Source: Minisyncoccota bacterium (GTDB lineage Bacteria; Patescibacteriota; Minisyncoccia; Phycocordibacterales; PALSA-1337). Taken from it: DNA of 64,000 bases. The first letter of the stretch is position 1. The number at the start of each line of letters is the position of its first letter. The stretch covers positions 22,394 through 86,393 of the forward strand of contig JBAYFZ010000003.1 in assembly GCA_041666915.1 (NCBI GenBank). Direction: 5' to 3'. The notes beneath the pieces are model-generated. The model saw only the letters and a list, made by a program, of their open reading frames with translations, made no database searches and had not been told where the DNA came from. Positions 10,350 to 20,066 of this stretch are shown here, one piece after another. A program made the translations under genes and the position numbers.

Positions 10350-11258
10350 TTATTTTTTGACAGCAAAAATATTTTTGAATGATTCACCTTTGGGGAAAGT
10401 CTGAATAAATTCTTCTATATTTGTTATTGGTTGAATATCTTTTTTATTTTCATCTATTAGAGAAAGCGAAAAGCCAAGTCCCGCTAGGTTTTCAAGATAT
10501 CTTTGAGCATTGCCACCTAGTCTGGCCATGGCTTTTGGATAGACTTCAGTGAAGATTATCAAGTTAGGGCTTTTTTGTATTGTTTCTCGCATACCTTCTA
10601 GTGCCAAGAATTCAGCTCCTTCTATGTCTATTTTTATAATATCTATCTTTGGCGAACCAAATTGTTTGAGAGAATTATCTAAAGTATCCAATTCTATTGT
10701 TAATCCTGGTTTATCTTTGTCATAGACTAGAGAATGATGACCTTTATTATTTGGATCTAGATACAATGTATTTGAACCTTTTTTGTCGGACAAACCAATT
10801 TTTTGTGCTTTTACATTTGTAAGTCTATTGACCTCAATATTTTTTTGAAGAAAAGAGTAGTTTCTATTTTCTGGTTCGTAGGCGAATATTTTGCCGTTTG
10901 ATCCAATGTGTCCGCTAGCTATTATGGTGTAGTATCCGATATTTGCACCGATATCAACTACGGTAAAACCATTTTTCAGTGATTTTCGGAATAGCTCTAT
11001 CTCGGTATCTTCAAAACTTCCTAGAGCAAGTGTTCCTGACACTGCCACATCAGTTTGATCCAGTATGATAGTACCTTCTTGGATATTTATCTGTGGGGGG
11101 ATCTTGGATAAGATGATCTTATTTAGAATTGTTTTTAGAATTGGTACAAGTGATGCTGTACGGTAGATTTTTGCTGGTATAGAGGGTGGTAATAGACCAA
11201 TGATCTTTGTTAAAACCGAAGCGTGTCTATCGGATTTGAGAGCTTGTTGTTTCGGCAT
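10350..11258 (-). CDS. FkbM-family methyltransferase
   Basis: VVDIGANIGYY, AYEP, IKIDIEGAE. Confidence 0.92.
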   Translation of the reverse strand: MPKQQALKSDRHASVLTKIIGLLPPSIPAKIYRTASLVPILKTILNKIILSKIPPQINIQEGTIILDQTDVAVSGTLALGSFEDTEIELFRKSLKNGFTVVDIGANIGYYTIIASGHIGSNGKIFAYEPENRNYSFLQKNIEVNRLTNVKAQKIGLSDKKGSNTLYLDPNNKGHHSLVYDKDKPGLTIELDTLDNSLKQFGSPKIDIIKIDIEGAEFLALEGMRETIQKSPNLIIFTEVYPKAMARLGGNAQRYLENLAGLGFSLSLIDENKKDIQPITNIEEFIQTFPKGESFKNIFAVKK

Positions 11259-11290
11259 AAATGATTATAATTACACGGTTAAAGATTTAT

Positions 11291-13480
11291 ATGAAAGCCT
11301 ATAGAGATATTATCATCATACCGACCTATAACGAGAAAGACAACATAGGCAAAATAATTGAAAAAGTTAGTGGGCTTTATCCTGAGCTGGAAATATGGGT
11401 AGTTGACGATAGTTCACCTGATGGAACAGCAAAGATTGTCTCTACAATCATGAAATCCAATCCAAAGGTGAGTTTGATTGTCCGTAAAGCAAAGACTGGT
11501 CTAGGCGATGCTTATAAAGATACTTTGATCAAAATCCAAAAAATGGGTGATGTTAGGAGTGTAATAACGATGGATGCTGATGGTTCTCATAATCCTTTGA
11601 AGATAAGAGAACTTCTAGATTCGCTTCAAAAAGTTGATTTGAGTATTGGTTCTAGATATACGAGCGGCGGTGGTGGAATGAAGGGTATGGGCATGTATAG
11701 GAATTTTTTGAGTATGGGTGGCAATCTATATGCTAGGATTATTATTGGTTTTGGTATCAATGATTCTACTGCTGGTTTTGTAGCCTTCAGGAGAACTGCT
11801 TTGGACGGTATCAATATTCCTGCTATTGCTAGTGCTGGTTATTCTTATCAAATAGAATTCAAGAATACTTTACTTGAAGCTGGAAGAAGTTGGAATGAAA
11901 TTCCTATTACTTTTGTTGATCGTATAGTAGGTACATCAAAAATGTCTGGAAGGATTATCAAAGAGGGAATTTTGACCCCTTGGAGAATAGCGGCTCGTAA
12001 AACATTCAAATGGTCACATTTCAAAGAGGTTTTGAAAAAAGCTTTACTGATTTCTACTGTGCTCTGTGCTTTTATGTTTGCTCTTTTCCATTTAAAAGAG
12101 AGTCCACCTGTCTGGTATGACGAAGGCTTGTATATTCAGGATGCTGTAAACCTTGTCCAAGATGGAATCGTAGGAGTTAGGTTTTCTCCAGATATTATCC
12201 GTCATGTTTCGGAGTTTAGTGTTGGTTTTCCATTGACTTATTCTTTGGCCGGATTTTTCAATATTTTTGGAATAGATATTTTCACAGCACGTTTGCTTAT
12301 GATTTTGTTTATTTTAGGTCTTATCATTTCTAGTTATTTTCTCATAAAGAAACTATATGGCAGAAATATAGCGATAATTTCTACAATTTTATTGTCTACA
12401 TTTCCACCTTTATATGGTAATGGTAAAAGTGTATTAGGTGAGACACCAGGATTGTTGTTTTTAGTCTTAGCTTTATTGTTTGTTTATTTAGCTAGAACAA
12501 AATTTGGATCAAGGAATAAATATATCGTGTTTGCTGGTTTATTTGTTGGTTTGGCTGTAGCTACAAAACCATTCTTTCTTATATTGATTCCAGCGCTTAT
12601 TGTTGGTTTGTTTTCCAGTAGAAAAATTATGCAGATTAAGATGTCTGATCTATATCTAGGTTCAATAGCTACGTTGATACCGATAATTATTTGGCTGACA
12701 ACCCAGTTCCAATCAGGAGATTCATTCTTGAAGATTTTTTCTTTCTACGCCAACCCCTATCAAGTTTCTAGTATTATTAGCATAGTCTTTAATAGTATTA
12801 AAAGTCTATTTACCAGTGTAGGCCCGCTATATCTTATGGTGGTATTGTTTGTCTGGTTGGTATCTTTGATAATTAAGTTTAAGAGACGTTCAGAAATTTC
12901 TCCAGAGGAAATAACAGCCTTCACTTTTTCTGTTCTCTGTGTTTTGGCTTATTTGAGAATATCAGGAATCTTTAGATACCTTTATCCAGCTCAAGTGATT
13001 TCTTTGATTTTCTTTCCATCAGCTTTAGCTTACATACTAAATACATTTTCAACTTCATGGTTTGATAATACGAAAAAGAAATTTGTAACGCTTGGTTTGG
13101 CTATTGTATTTATACCACTGACATTTCTCGGTATATATCAAGTTCTCTTCAATTCTTGGGTTGCTGAAGCTTATGGATCAAATAAGACTGCTGATTGGCA
13201 AAATTACTTTGAGAAGTTACCCTCAAAAGAATCCGTTTTCTTTTACGATACTCCTGAAGTTGCGATCTTTATGAATGGTAGTAATTATTATCAATATATA
13301 GAACCAGCGCCAAGTATGAAGATTGGTACTGAAGAATTGGATGTTATACGTCAAGGTATAACCGATAAAGTAGTTATTACTACAGGTAGATTGAGCGGAC
13401 TTGATCAGAGCCTGTTTGTAAAATATAGTTTAGACAAAACCTTTTACAAATATTCTATTTTGAAAAAGATTAAGAAATAG
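11291..13480 (+). CDS. Polyprenol-phosphate glycosyltransferase (DPM1-like GT2) fused to a GT-C membrane glycosyltransferase
   Basis: IPTYNE, VDDSSPDGT, MDADGSH, DSTAGF, then VWYDEG plus about 11 TM helices in one frame; start 11261 or 11291. Confidence 0.85.
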   Translation: MKAYRDIIIIPTYNEKDNIGKIIEKVSGLYPELEIWVVDDSSPDGTAKIVSTIMKSNPKVSLIVRKAKTGLGDAYKDTLIKIQKMGDVRSVITMDADGSHNPLKIRELLDSLQKVDLSIGSRYTSGGGGMKGMGMYRNFLSMGGNLYARIIIGFGINDSTAGFVAFRRTALDGINIPAIASAGYSYQIEFKNTLLEAGRSWNEIPITFVDRIVGTSKMSGRIIKEGILTPWRIAARKTFKWSHFKEVLKKALLISTVLCAFMFALFHLKESPPVWYDEGLYIQDAVNLVQDGIVGVRFSPDIIRHVSEFSVGFPLTYSLAGFFNIFGIDIFTARLLMILFILGLIISSYFLIKKLYGRNIAIISTILLSTFPPLYGNGKSVLGETPGLLFLVLALLFVYLARTKFGSRNKYIVFAGLFVGLAVATKPFFLILIPALIVGLFSSRKIMQIKMSDLYLGSIATLIPIIIWLTTQFQSGDSFLKIFSFYANPYQVSSIISIVFNSIKSLFTSVGPLYLMVVLFVWLVSLIIKFKRRSEISPEEITAFTFSVLCVLAYLRISGIFRYLYPAQVISLIFFPSALAYILNTFSTSWFDNTKKKFVTLGLAIVFIPLTFLGIYQVLFNSWVAEAYGSNKTADWQNYFEKLPSKESVFFYDTPEVAIFMNGSNYYQYIEPAPSMKIGTEELDVIRQGITDKVVITTGRLSGLDQSLFVKYSLDKTFYKYSILKKIKK

Positions 13481-14132
13481 GTTTCTTTAGTTCCAATATT
13501 ACGATACCAAGAAAAAATGGTCGTAGTAGATATACACGTGCAGATGGGGTAATCTTTTTGCCTATCTTTATCAATTCTTTTTTAGAAAAGAATGTTTGAT
13601 CAGTCCATGGCCATAGCGAGCGGAATATTTTTGGACGAGTAATAGTGTACCAAGGTGTGAGATATGACCATTTATACGGAACACTGATGAGGGTGGTTCC
13701 ACCTAGTTTTGTAGCTTTCCAATGTTGCTCTGCTACGAGTAGTGGATTATCAAAATGTTCCATGAGCCCTTGGCTCCAGACTATATCAAATGTCCCCTGA
13801 AAAGGGACATCAAGACAATTCCCGTCAATGAATTTGGCATTTGTAACTCCATATTTTTTTGCGCAATCTTGCGATATTTTCAAAGCTTCTGGAGAAATAT
13901 CTAAACCTACCAAACCCTTCATTTCTTTTGCTAAAGAGATCGTCAGTGTAGAAGTACCGCAACCAAGTTCTAGAAATTCCGTTTGCCCGTTGATATGCTT
14001 TCGCAACATTTTACGAAAGAAACCGTTGTAGACAAAACGTCCGTAATCTACAAAATAAGACAGTCTGTTTTTATGTAGCCAAATATTTTGCCAAATGTCT
14101 CTATGTTCTCTAGTGTTATTTCGGTGTTCCAT
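13470..14132 (-). CDS. Class I SAM-dependent methyltransferase
   Basis: LELGCGTS, GLDIS, FDIVWSQGLMEHF. Confidence 0.88.
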   Translation of the reverse strand: MEHRNNTREHRDIWQNIWLHKNRLSYFVDYGRFVYNGFFRKMLRKHINGQTEFLELGCGTSTLTISLAKEMKGLVGLDISPEALKISQDCAKKYGVTNAKFIDGNCLDVPFQGTFDIVWSQGLMEHFDNPLLVAEQHWKATKLGGTTLISVPYKWSYLTPWYTITRPKIFRSLWPWTDQTFFSKKELIKIGKKITPSARVYLLRPFFLGIVILELKKPIS

Positions 14133-14171
14133 AAAATTTTTATTTAATATGCTGATTATATTATCATGAAA

Positions 14172-14855
14172 TCATTTGAATCGTTGAATAAATAATACCC
14201 AAATACCGATGATACCATCGCGGTATTTTATCTTTTTACCATTCTCAATAGTTCTTGGATTATGAGATATTGGTACTTCTGCTATTTTGAAATTATTTTT
14301 GACCAAGCTAGTCGAGAATATTAGTTCGGATTCAAATCTACCCGAAACAAAGAGGTGACCAGCTTTCTTCGGAAAGAGTTTATAACAAGTCCAAAGGTCG
14401 GTCAATTTTGAACCGTAAAGTATATTGAATTGTTTTGTTATGAACCAGACTCCAACTCGTGGAATATACATACCTTTTCTTTTTTCATGGTGGATGTTTC
14501 TTGATCCATATATAATGTCGGCTTTACCTTTGTTGAGTTCGTTTATAAGTAGAGGAATTTCTTTTGGGTTATATTCTAGATCAGCGTCTTGTATCAAGAT
14601 ATAATCTCCAGAACTGTTTTCTATACCTGTTTTGACGGCGCTACCTTTTCCTTGGTTTTTTGTGTGGTAAATAATTTTCAAGCGATCCTTGTAGTCATCT
14701 AGAATCTTTCTAGTATCATCTTGCGATCCATCGTCAACTACCACGATTTCTTTTTTCCAGTTTGACGGTAATGATACCTGTAAAACTCTTTGTAGAAGTT
14801 CATGAATAGTAGCTTGCTCGTTGAAGCAAGGTATTATGATGGAAAGAGTTTTCAT
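14172..14855 (-). CDS. GT2 glycosyltransferase (DPM/DPG synthase-like)
   Basis: SIIIPCFNE, VDDGSQD, NQGKG, QDADLEY, TCYK. Confidence 0.92.
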   Translation of the reverse strand: MKTLSIIIPCFNEQATIHELLQRVLQVSLPSNWKKEIVVVDDGSQDDTRKILDDYKDRLKIIYHTKNQGKGSAVKTGIENSSGDYILIQDADLEYNPKEIPLLINELNKGKADIIYGSRNIHHEKRKGMYIPRVGVWFITKQFNILYGSKLTDLWTCYKLFPKKAGHLFVSGRFESELIFSTSLVKNNFKIAEVPISHNPRTIENGKKIKYRDGIIGIWVLFIQRFK

Positions 14856-14869
14856 CGTATAATTGAAGC

Positions 14870-15955
14870 ATGGCGAATGACAAAAGTAAAATATTCTTTT
14901 GGGTTTTTGTAATTGTAATTTCTGTTGTATGTTTTGTTTCTTTATTCATTTTTAAGCCGGTTGTTGCTGGTGACGGTTTTTCATATGTAGATACGATCAA
15001 GGTTATCCAAGGTGGAAATATTCCAAGTGATTTTGTTCCAAATAGGATGATAGCCAATTTTTATGGTCTTGGACTTATAATCTTGCTATCAAAAATATTT
15101 GGAAATGTTGAACTGGGTTGGATTCTTCTAAACATAACACTATTTTTTGTTTCTAGTATTATTTTTTATAAAATAATACGGACCCTCTTTGAAAGTGATA
15201 AAACAGCTTTTATTGCTTCACTTTTCTTTGCTACCAATTACGCCGTCATTTCGTTTGGTTTAGCTTATTTGATGGATATTGGAGGTTGGGCTTTCTACTT
15301 ATTATCCCTCTATTTGACCCTAAAATACGTCCAGACTGGAGATAGAAAGATGTTGTTGTATTCTGCCGTTGTTATTGGTTTCGGAGGTTTATTCAAGGAA
15401 TATGCCTTTTTGGGAGTTATACCTATTGCTATTGTATTAGCTTATGAAAATTGGCCAAAATTTATTACGATTATAAAAAAAGGATTAGTTCCAGCCTTGA
15501 TAGTCTTTGTCCCTGCAATCCCAGTTTATTTGGTTGTTTATAAAAAATTTGGTTACACCTATGCTACGTGGCTCTCTTCTAACCAAGAGCATTACGTTTA
15601 TGCTCATAAGTATATTGAATACATAAAAAGTCTTGGTTCTTTGTATAATTTTCTCGCTTTCTTGTTTATAGGTGGAATATTCTATTTTATTTATAATCGA
15701 AAGGAATTGGTGGCAGATAATAGACTTAGAGTTTTTATTATCTCTGTTTCTTTGTCTATACTCCCAGTCTTTATTTGGCCAGCTATAACTCAGAGGATAT
15801 TATTTATTACCGTTCCAGCCGCTATTGTTATCGCTTCGTTTATGTTCAAAAAATGGGAAAAATATTGGTGGGTTTTCATATTGCCACTTATTTTGTATAT
15901 TGTAGTTAACTTCAATATGAATTACGTCCTTTCCAATTTTAATCTACCGTTTTAA
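14870..15955 (+). CDS. GT-C-like integral membrane glycosyltransferase
   Basis: GD..SY loop after TM1, multiple TM helices, LFKE motif; glycan-locus context. Confidence 0.6.
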   Translation: MANDKSKIFFWVFVIVISVVCFVSLFIFKPVVAGDGFSYVDTIKVIQGGNIPSDFVPNRMIANFYGLGLIILLSKIFGNVELGWILLNITLFFVSSIIFYKIIRTLFESDKTAFIASLFFATNYAVISFGLAYLMDIGGWAFYLLSLYLTLKYVQTGDRKMLLYSAVVIGFGGLFKEYAFLGVIPIAIVLAYENWPKFITIIKKGLVPALIVFVPAIPVYLVVYKKFGYTYATWLSSNQEHYVYAHKYIEYIKSLGSLYNFLAFLFIGGIFYFIYNRKELVADNRLRVFIISVSLSILPVFIWPAITQRILFITVPAAIVIASFMFKKWEKYWWVFILPLILYIVVNFNMNYVLSNFNLPF

Positions 15956-15957
15956 AC

Positions 15958-17070
15958 ATGAAACTGATTTACCTAACTTCAAAAAGATTCCCAGCGACTA
16001 CGGCCGATCATTTTTTTGTCAAAGAGATGGCCAAAGCTTTTACGAAGATTTTGTCAAAAGATTTTTTACTTGTAGTGGCAGACAACACTTCCGATGAGCT
16101 CAAAGATATTTCTTATAAGAGTTTGGAACTCAAAGCTATAAGACGTCTTGGTATTAGATATTTTGTATGGTTGCCATATTTTATTTGGAAAGATGGTCTA
16201 AATAATATAGACACATTATTTTTTTCCAACGATGCCAATCTATTATCAATCCTCATTTTTTGGAAGAAAGTTTTTGGTTTGAAATACAAGATTGTTTCTG
16301 ATTGGCATATGTTGTTTGAAAATTGGCGAGATAGGTTTGTTTCAAAAAATAGTGCAAAAATGATTACAACCACAGATCATTTGAAAGATTTGTTGGTTGC
16401 TAGTTCTGGCGTTGATAATAAAGATGTCCTGACTGCTTATGGTGGAGTTGATCTGTTGAAGTTTGATGCTGTTACAGAGTCCGTATCTTCTTTGAGAAAT
16501 CGTCTAGGTTTACCAGTTGATGCTTTTATCGTTGGTTATATAGGCTTTTATAAGACGATGAAAATGACCAAAGGTTTGGATACTATGATAAATGCTTTAT
16601 CTTTGATTGAAGATAATAATATAAAGATGGTTTTTGTTGGTGGTAAACCAGATGAGATAGAAGAATATAAGCTTATAGCAAAGAATACTGGCGTTGCTGA
16701 CAGGATCGTCTTTGTGCCAGTTGTACCAGCCGACGGTATGCCAGCTTATGAAAAGGCCATGGATGTTTTGGTTATACCTTATCCTGACCGGCCTCATTTT
16801 AGGAAGTACGGTTTTCCTATGAAAGCTTATGAATATTTGGCTAGCAATAGACCAGTTTTATATTCAAATCTTCCTATAATGAAAGAGGTGCTTGCTGGTT
16901 GTGCTATTTCTTTTGAACCAGGATCAAGTCAAGATTTAGCCAATAAAATTCTTGAATTGAAATCAAATCCAAATAAGGGAAGTGAACTCGTAATGAATGC
17001 CTCTAAGAAAGTTGTCAGTTGTACTTGGTTGGAGCGTGCAAAAAATATCGTTGAGTTTGTGAGGGGTTAG
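15958..17070 (+). CDS. Glycosyltransferase family 4
   Basis: KGLD, FPMKAYEYLAS.RP motif. Confidence 0.88.
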   Translation: MKLIYLTSKRFPATTADHFFVKEMAKAFTKILSKDFLLVVADNTSDELKDISYKSLELKAIRRLGIRYFVWLPYFIWKDGLNNIDTLFFSNDANLLSILIFWKKVFGLKYKIVSDWHMLFENWRDRFVSKNSAKMITTTDHLKDLLVASSGVDNKDVLTAYGGVDLLKFDAVTESVSSLRNRLGLPVDAFIVGYIGFYKTMKMTKGLDTMINALSLIEDNNIKMVFVGGKPDEIEEYKLIAKNTGVADRIVFVPVVPADGMPAYEKAMDVLVIPYPDRPHFRKYGFPMKAYEYLASNRPVLYSNLPIMKEVLAGCAISFEPGSSQDLANKILELKSNPNKGSELVMNASKKVVSCTWLERAKNIVEFVRG

Positions 17071-17087
17071 AGGTGAAATCAGCCCAA

Positions 17088-18113
17088 CTACATCTTTAGT
17101 ATACTTTTTATCAGTATCTTAATGTTGTCAATTGATTTTTTATTCGTAACTAACTTATAGAGTGGTGATGTTTTAAACGCTTTCCACGTCTTCAGTCCTT
17201 GAGTGGTATTAAAACCACAAATTGTTCGCCATCTTTTGTAGACGATTTTATTTAGAGAGTCACTATTATAGATATTAGATTTTATATTTTGTGAGATTAT
17301 TTTCGATAACCAAATATCCTCTTTTTCTATAAAAGATTTAATAGTCTGATATTCTTTTGGTAGTATGGAATTATGGAGACGAATTTCTTCTTCAGATGGT
17401 TTTAGGTCAATTTTATTTAATAATCGAAGTCTAATATTTGTGGCCACATCGGATGTTTCTTTTTTGAAAATTTGCGATGTACTTTTGTCGTGAATACGGT
17501 ATTTCAATAATACTTTATCAATATTAGCAACGTGGAAAAAATTAGTGCACCTGCTCCAAAGATCATAATCTTCACCGTGATTTAGGTTTTCATTATAGGA
17601 TAGACAAAATTTATCGAATAGACTTTTCTTTATCATTACTGAAGGATGAATAAGTGATGTGTTAAATAGAAGGCTAGCCCTAATATCTTCAGGATTTGTA
17701 TAAACTTTATTTACTGTTGATTTACCGTATCCGAACGATTTACACCATGAACCGCATAGACCAACTTCGGGGTGAGAATTCATAAATTCTACCTGTTTTT
17801 CTAGACGCTTAGGTAAACTTATGTCGTCAGCATCCATTCTAGCGATATATTCTCCTTTGGCCTCTTTAATACCTAAGTTGAGTGCTTTTGGTAGATTATC
17901 ATCAGCAGTACGAAATATAAGACGTATTCTATTGTCATTGAATGAATTTATTACATCTAGGCTTTCTTTGTTTGTAGTTGCAGAGATTAAAATTAGTAGT
18001 TCAAAGTTTTTGTATGTTTGATCTAAAATACTTTGTATAGCCTGTCCGACGTATTGTTCACCGTTATGAACAGGTAAAATAACACTTATCAACTGTGGTT
18101 GTTTTTTATTCAT
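17088..18113 (-). CDS. GT2 glycosyltransferase
   Basis: SVILPVHNG, ARMDADD, HPSV, EDYDLW. Confidence 0.92.
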   Translation of the reverse strand: MNKKQPQLISVILPVHNGEQYVGQAIQSILDQTYKNFELLILISATTNKESLDVINSFNDNRIRLIFRTADDNLPKALNLGIKEAKGEYIARMDADDISLPKRLEKQVEFMNSHPEVGLCGSWCKSFGYGKSTVNKVYTNPEDIRASLLFNTSLIHPSVMIKKSLFDKFCLSYNENLNHGEDYDLWSRCTNFFHVANIDKVLLKYRIHDKSTSQIFKKETSDVATNIRLRLLNKIDLKPSEEEIRLHNSILPKEYQTIKSFIEKEDIWLSKIISQNIKSNIYNSDSLNKIVYKRWRTICGFNTTQGLKTWKAFKTSPLYKLVTNKKSIDNIKILIKSILKM

Positions 18114-19086
18114 TCTTAAAAATGATCTCAGATTTTTTATTGGTAAAAGAGAATGGAATATGACGCAAATCTTTCAAAGCATCTTTTAGTTTTTCTTGAT
18201 TCTTCTTTTCACAATAGAATAGGAGACAACCACCACCTCCAGCCCCTAGAAGTTTGCCGCCCAAAGCACCATTTTTAAGTCCAATCTCATAGTATTTATC
18301 AATAATACTATTTGATATTGTTGAAGCCACTGTCTTTTTTAGAAGCCAACCTTTGTGTAGTAATTCTCCGAATTTATCTATACTATCGTCTTCAAGGGCA
18401 TTTCTCATTTCATGGGCAAGTTCTGTCATCTTTCGTAGGGTTGATACAGTTTCTCCGGATTTTTTTATATTATTCTTTTGTTCGCCTAGGATATCATCGG
18501 CTGAACGAGTAATCCCGGTGTAAAAAAGTACAAGATTTTCATTTAGTTCCTTCTTTTTCTTAGGAGAAATATTTACGGGCTCCACTATGACCTTGTTATT
18601 TGGAAGAAATCTATAAAAATTAAAACCTCCATATGCTGAGGCATACTGATCCTGTTTTCCAATTGGATGTCTGAGTTTGTTTATCTCTATATCACAAGCA
18701 TAAGAAGCAAGTTCTTCGGGAGTTAGCTTTTTGTGTTTATATGCACTTAGTGCGTTGTATAAACCAACCGCAAAAGCGCTTGATGAGCCCAGTCCAGTCT
18801 TTGTTGGCACATCTCCAGAACTAGCAATTTCAAGCCCTGTGATTTTTGTATCAGTGAGGATGGTCCTGAATATATCGTTTTTTAAATCTCTTGCGTCAGT
18901 AACTTCTTCAGTTTGGGAATATTTTACTAATAATCTATCAGTGTAAAAGTTTGGATGTAAAAAAATATGGATGTATTTATCGATTGCTGTGCTGATAACA
19001 GCACCTTCCTGTTTTTCATAAAAATCTGGCATATCAGATCCACCTCCTGCGAAACTTATACGAAGTGGGGTTCTACTGATTATCAT
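18106..19086 (-). CDS. hddA: GHMP kinase, D-glycero-alpha-D-manno-heptose-7-phosphate kinase (HddA-like)
   Basis: RTPLRISFAGGGSD, GLGSSSA, IGKQDQY, GGKLLGAGGGG. Confidence 0.85.
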   Translation of the reverse strand: MIISRTPLRISFAGGGSDMPDFYEKQEGAVISTAIDKYIHIFLHPNFYTDRLLVKYSQTEEVTDARDLKNDIFRTILTDTKITGLEIASSGDVPTKTGLGSSSAFAVGLYNALSAYKHKKLTPEELASYACDIEINKLRHPIGKQDQYASAYGGFNFYRFLPNNKVIVEPVNISPKKKKELNENLVLFYTGITRSADDILGEQKNNIKKSGETVSTLRKMTELAHEMRNALEDDSIDKFGELLHKGWLLKKTVASTISNSIIDKYYEIGLKNGALGGKLLGAGGGGCLLFYCEKKNQEKLKDALKDLRHIPFSFTNKKSEIIFKNE

Positions 19087-19142
19087 ATTAATCAATATTA
19101 TACTATTCTATCTTTATTTCCAAGCTTTGTTATAATACAAAA

Positions 19143-20066
19143 ATGTTAAAAAATAAGACTATTTTGGTAACCGGTGGTGCTGGATTTATAGGATCCAATA
19201 CCGTAGAACTTCTTTGTGATCAGGGGTATTCGGTTCGAGTAATTGATGATTTGTCTTTCGGGTTTAAGAAATTTTTGGACCCTAGAGCGAAATTTTATGA
19301 AGCTTCAATAGCAGATGAGAAGGTACTAGAAGAAGCTTTATTGGGAGTTGATGCGGTATTTCACTTTGCAGCATCGAGTATTATCAAATTTTCTATTGAT
19401 GACCCAGCATCTTATTTTGAAAATAATATAATCAATGGCGTTAAGTTGCTCGATTCTATGCGTAAAATTGGAGTAAAGAAAATTATCTTTTCTTCCTCAG
19501 CTTCTGTATATGGTGAGCCTGAACAAGTCCCAGTAAAAGAAGATCAGATGAAAAAGCCACTTCAACCTTATGGGGCTAGTAAGTTAGCCTTTGAAGCTGT
19601 GTTATCAGCTTATTACCATAGTTTTGGTATAGAGAGTACCTCATTGCGATATTTCAATGCTTATGGCCCAAGAGATGAGCAAATACCTGCTACGAGGGCG
19701 GTACCGATGTGGATAAAGGAAATATTGGCGAATGAGCCCATTAAAGTATATTGGAAAGGTTGTCAACTTAGAGATTACGTCTTTGTAAAAGATATTGCTC
19801 AAGCACATATAGATGTTCTTGATCTTGGTGGTTGTAACGTCTTCAATGTTGGTTCTGGTACAGGGGTAGTTATGACAGATCTATTGGAAGAAATATTCGA
19901 GATTATTGTCAAACGAAATGAGGTTATTGATTTGGGTGAACGTGTAGGCGATCCGATGAAACTTGTTGCGGATACGAGTGCAATATACAAAGCTGTTGGA
20001 TGGAGACCAAAATATTCTTTACATGATGGGCTTGTAGAAGCAATAAACTTTTATAAGAATCAATGA
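19143..20066 (+). CDS. NAD-dependent sugar epimerase/dehydratase (GalE-like SDR)
   Basis: TGGAGFIGS, SSSASVYG, YGASK, RYFNAYGP. Confidence 0.9.
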   Translation: MLKNKTILVTGGAGFIGSNTVELLCDQGYSVRVIDDLSFGFKKFLDPRAKFYEASIADEKVLEEALLGVDAVFHFAASSIIKFSIDDPASYFENNIINGVKLLDSMRKIGVKKIIFSSSASVYGEPEQVPVKEDQMKKPLQPYGASKLAFEAVLSAYYHSFGIESTSLRYFNAYGPRDEQIPATRAVPMWIKEILANEPIKVYWKGCQLRDYVFVKDIAQAHIDVLDLGGCNVFNVGSGTGVVMTDLLEEIFEIIVKRNEVIDLGERVGDPMKLVADTSAIYKAVGWRPKYSLHDGLVEAINFYKNQ

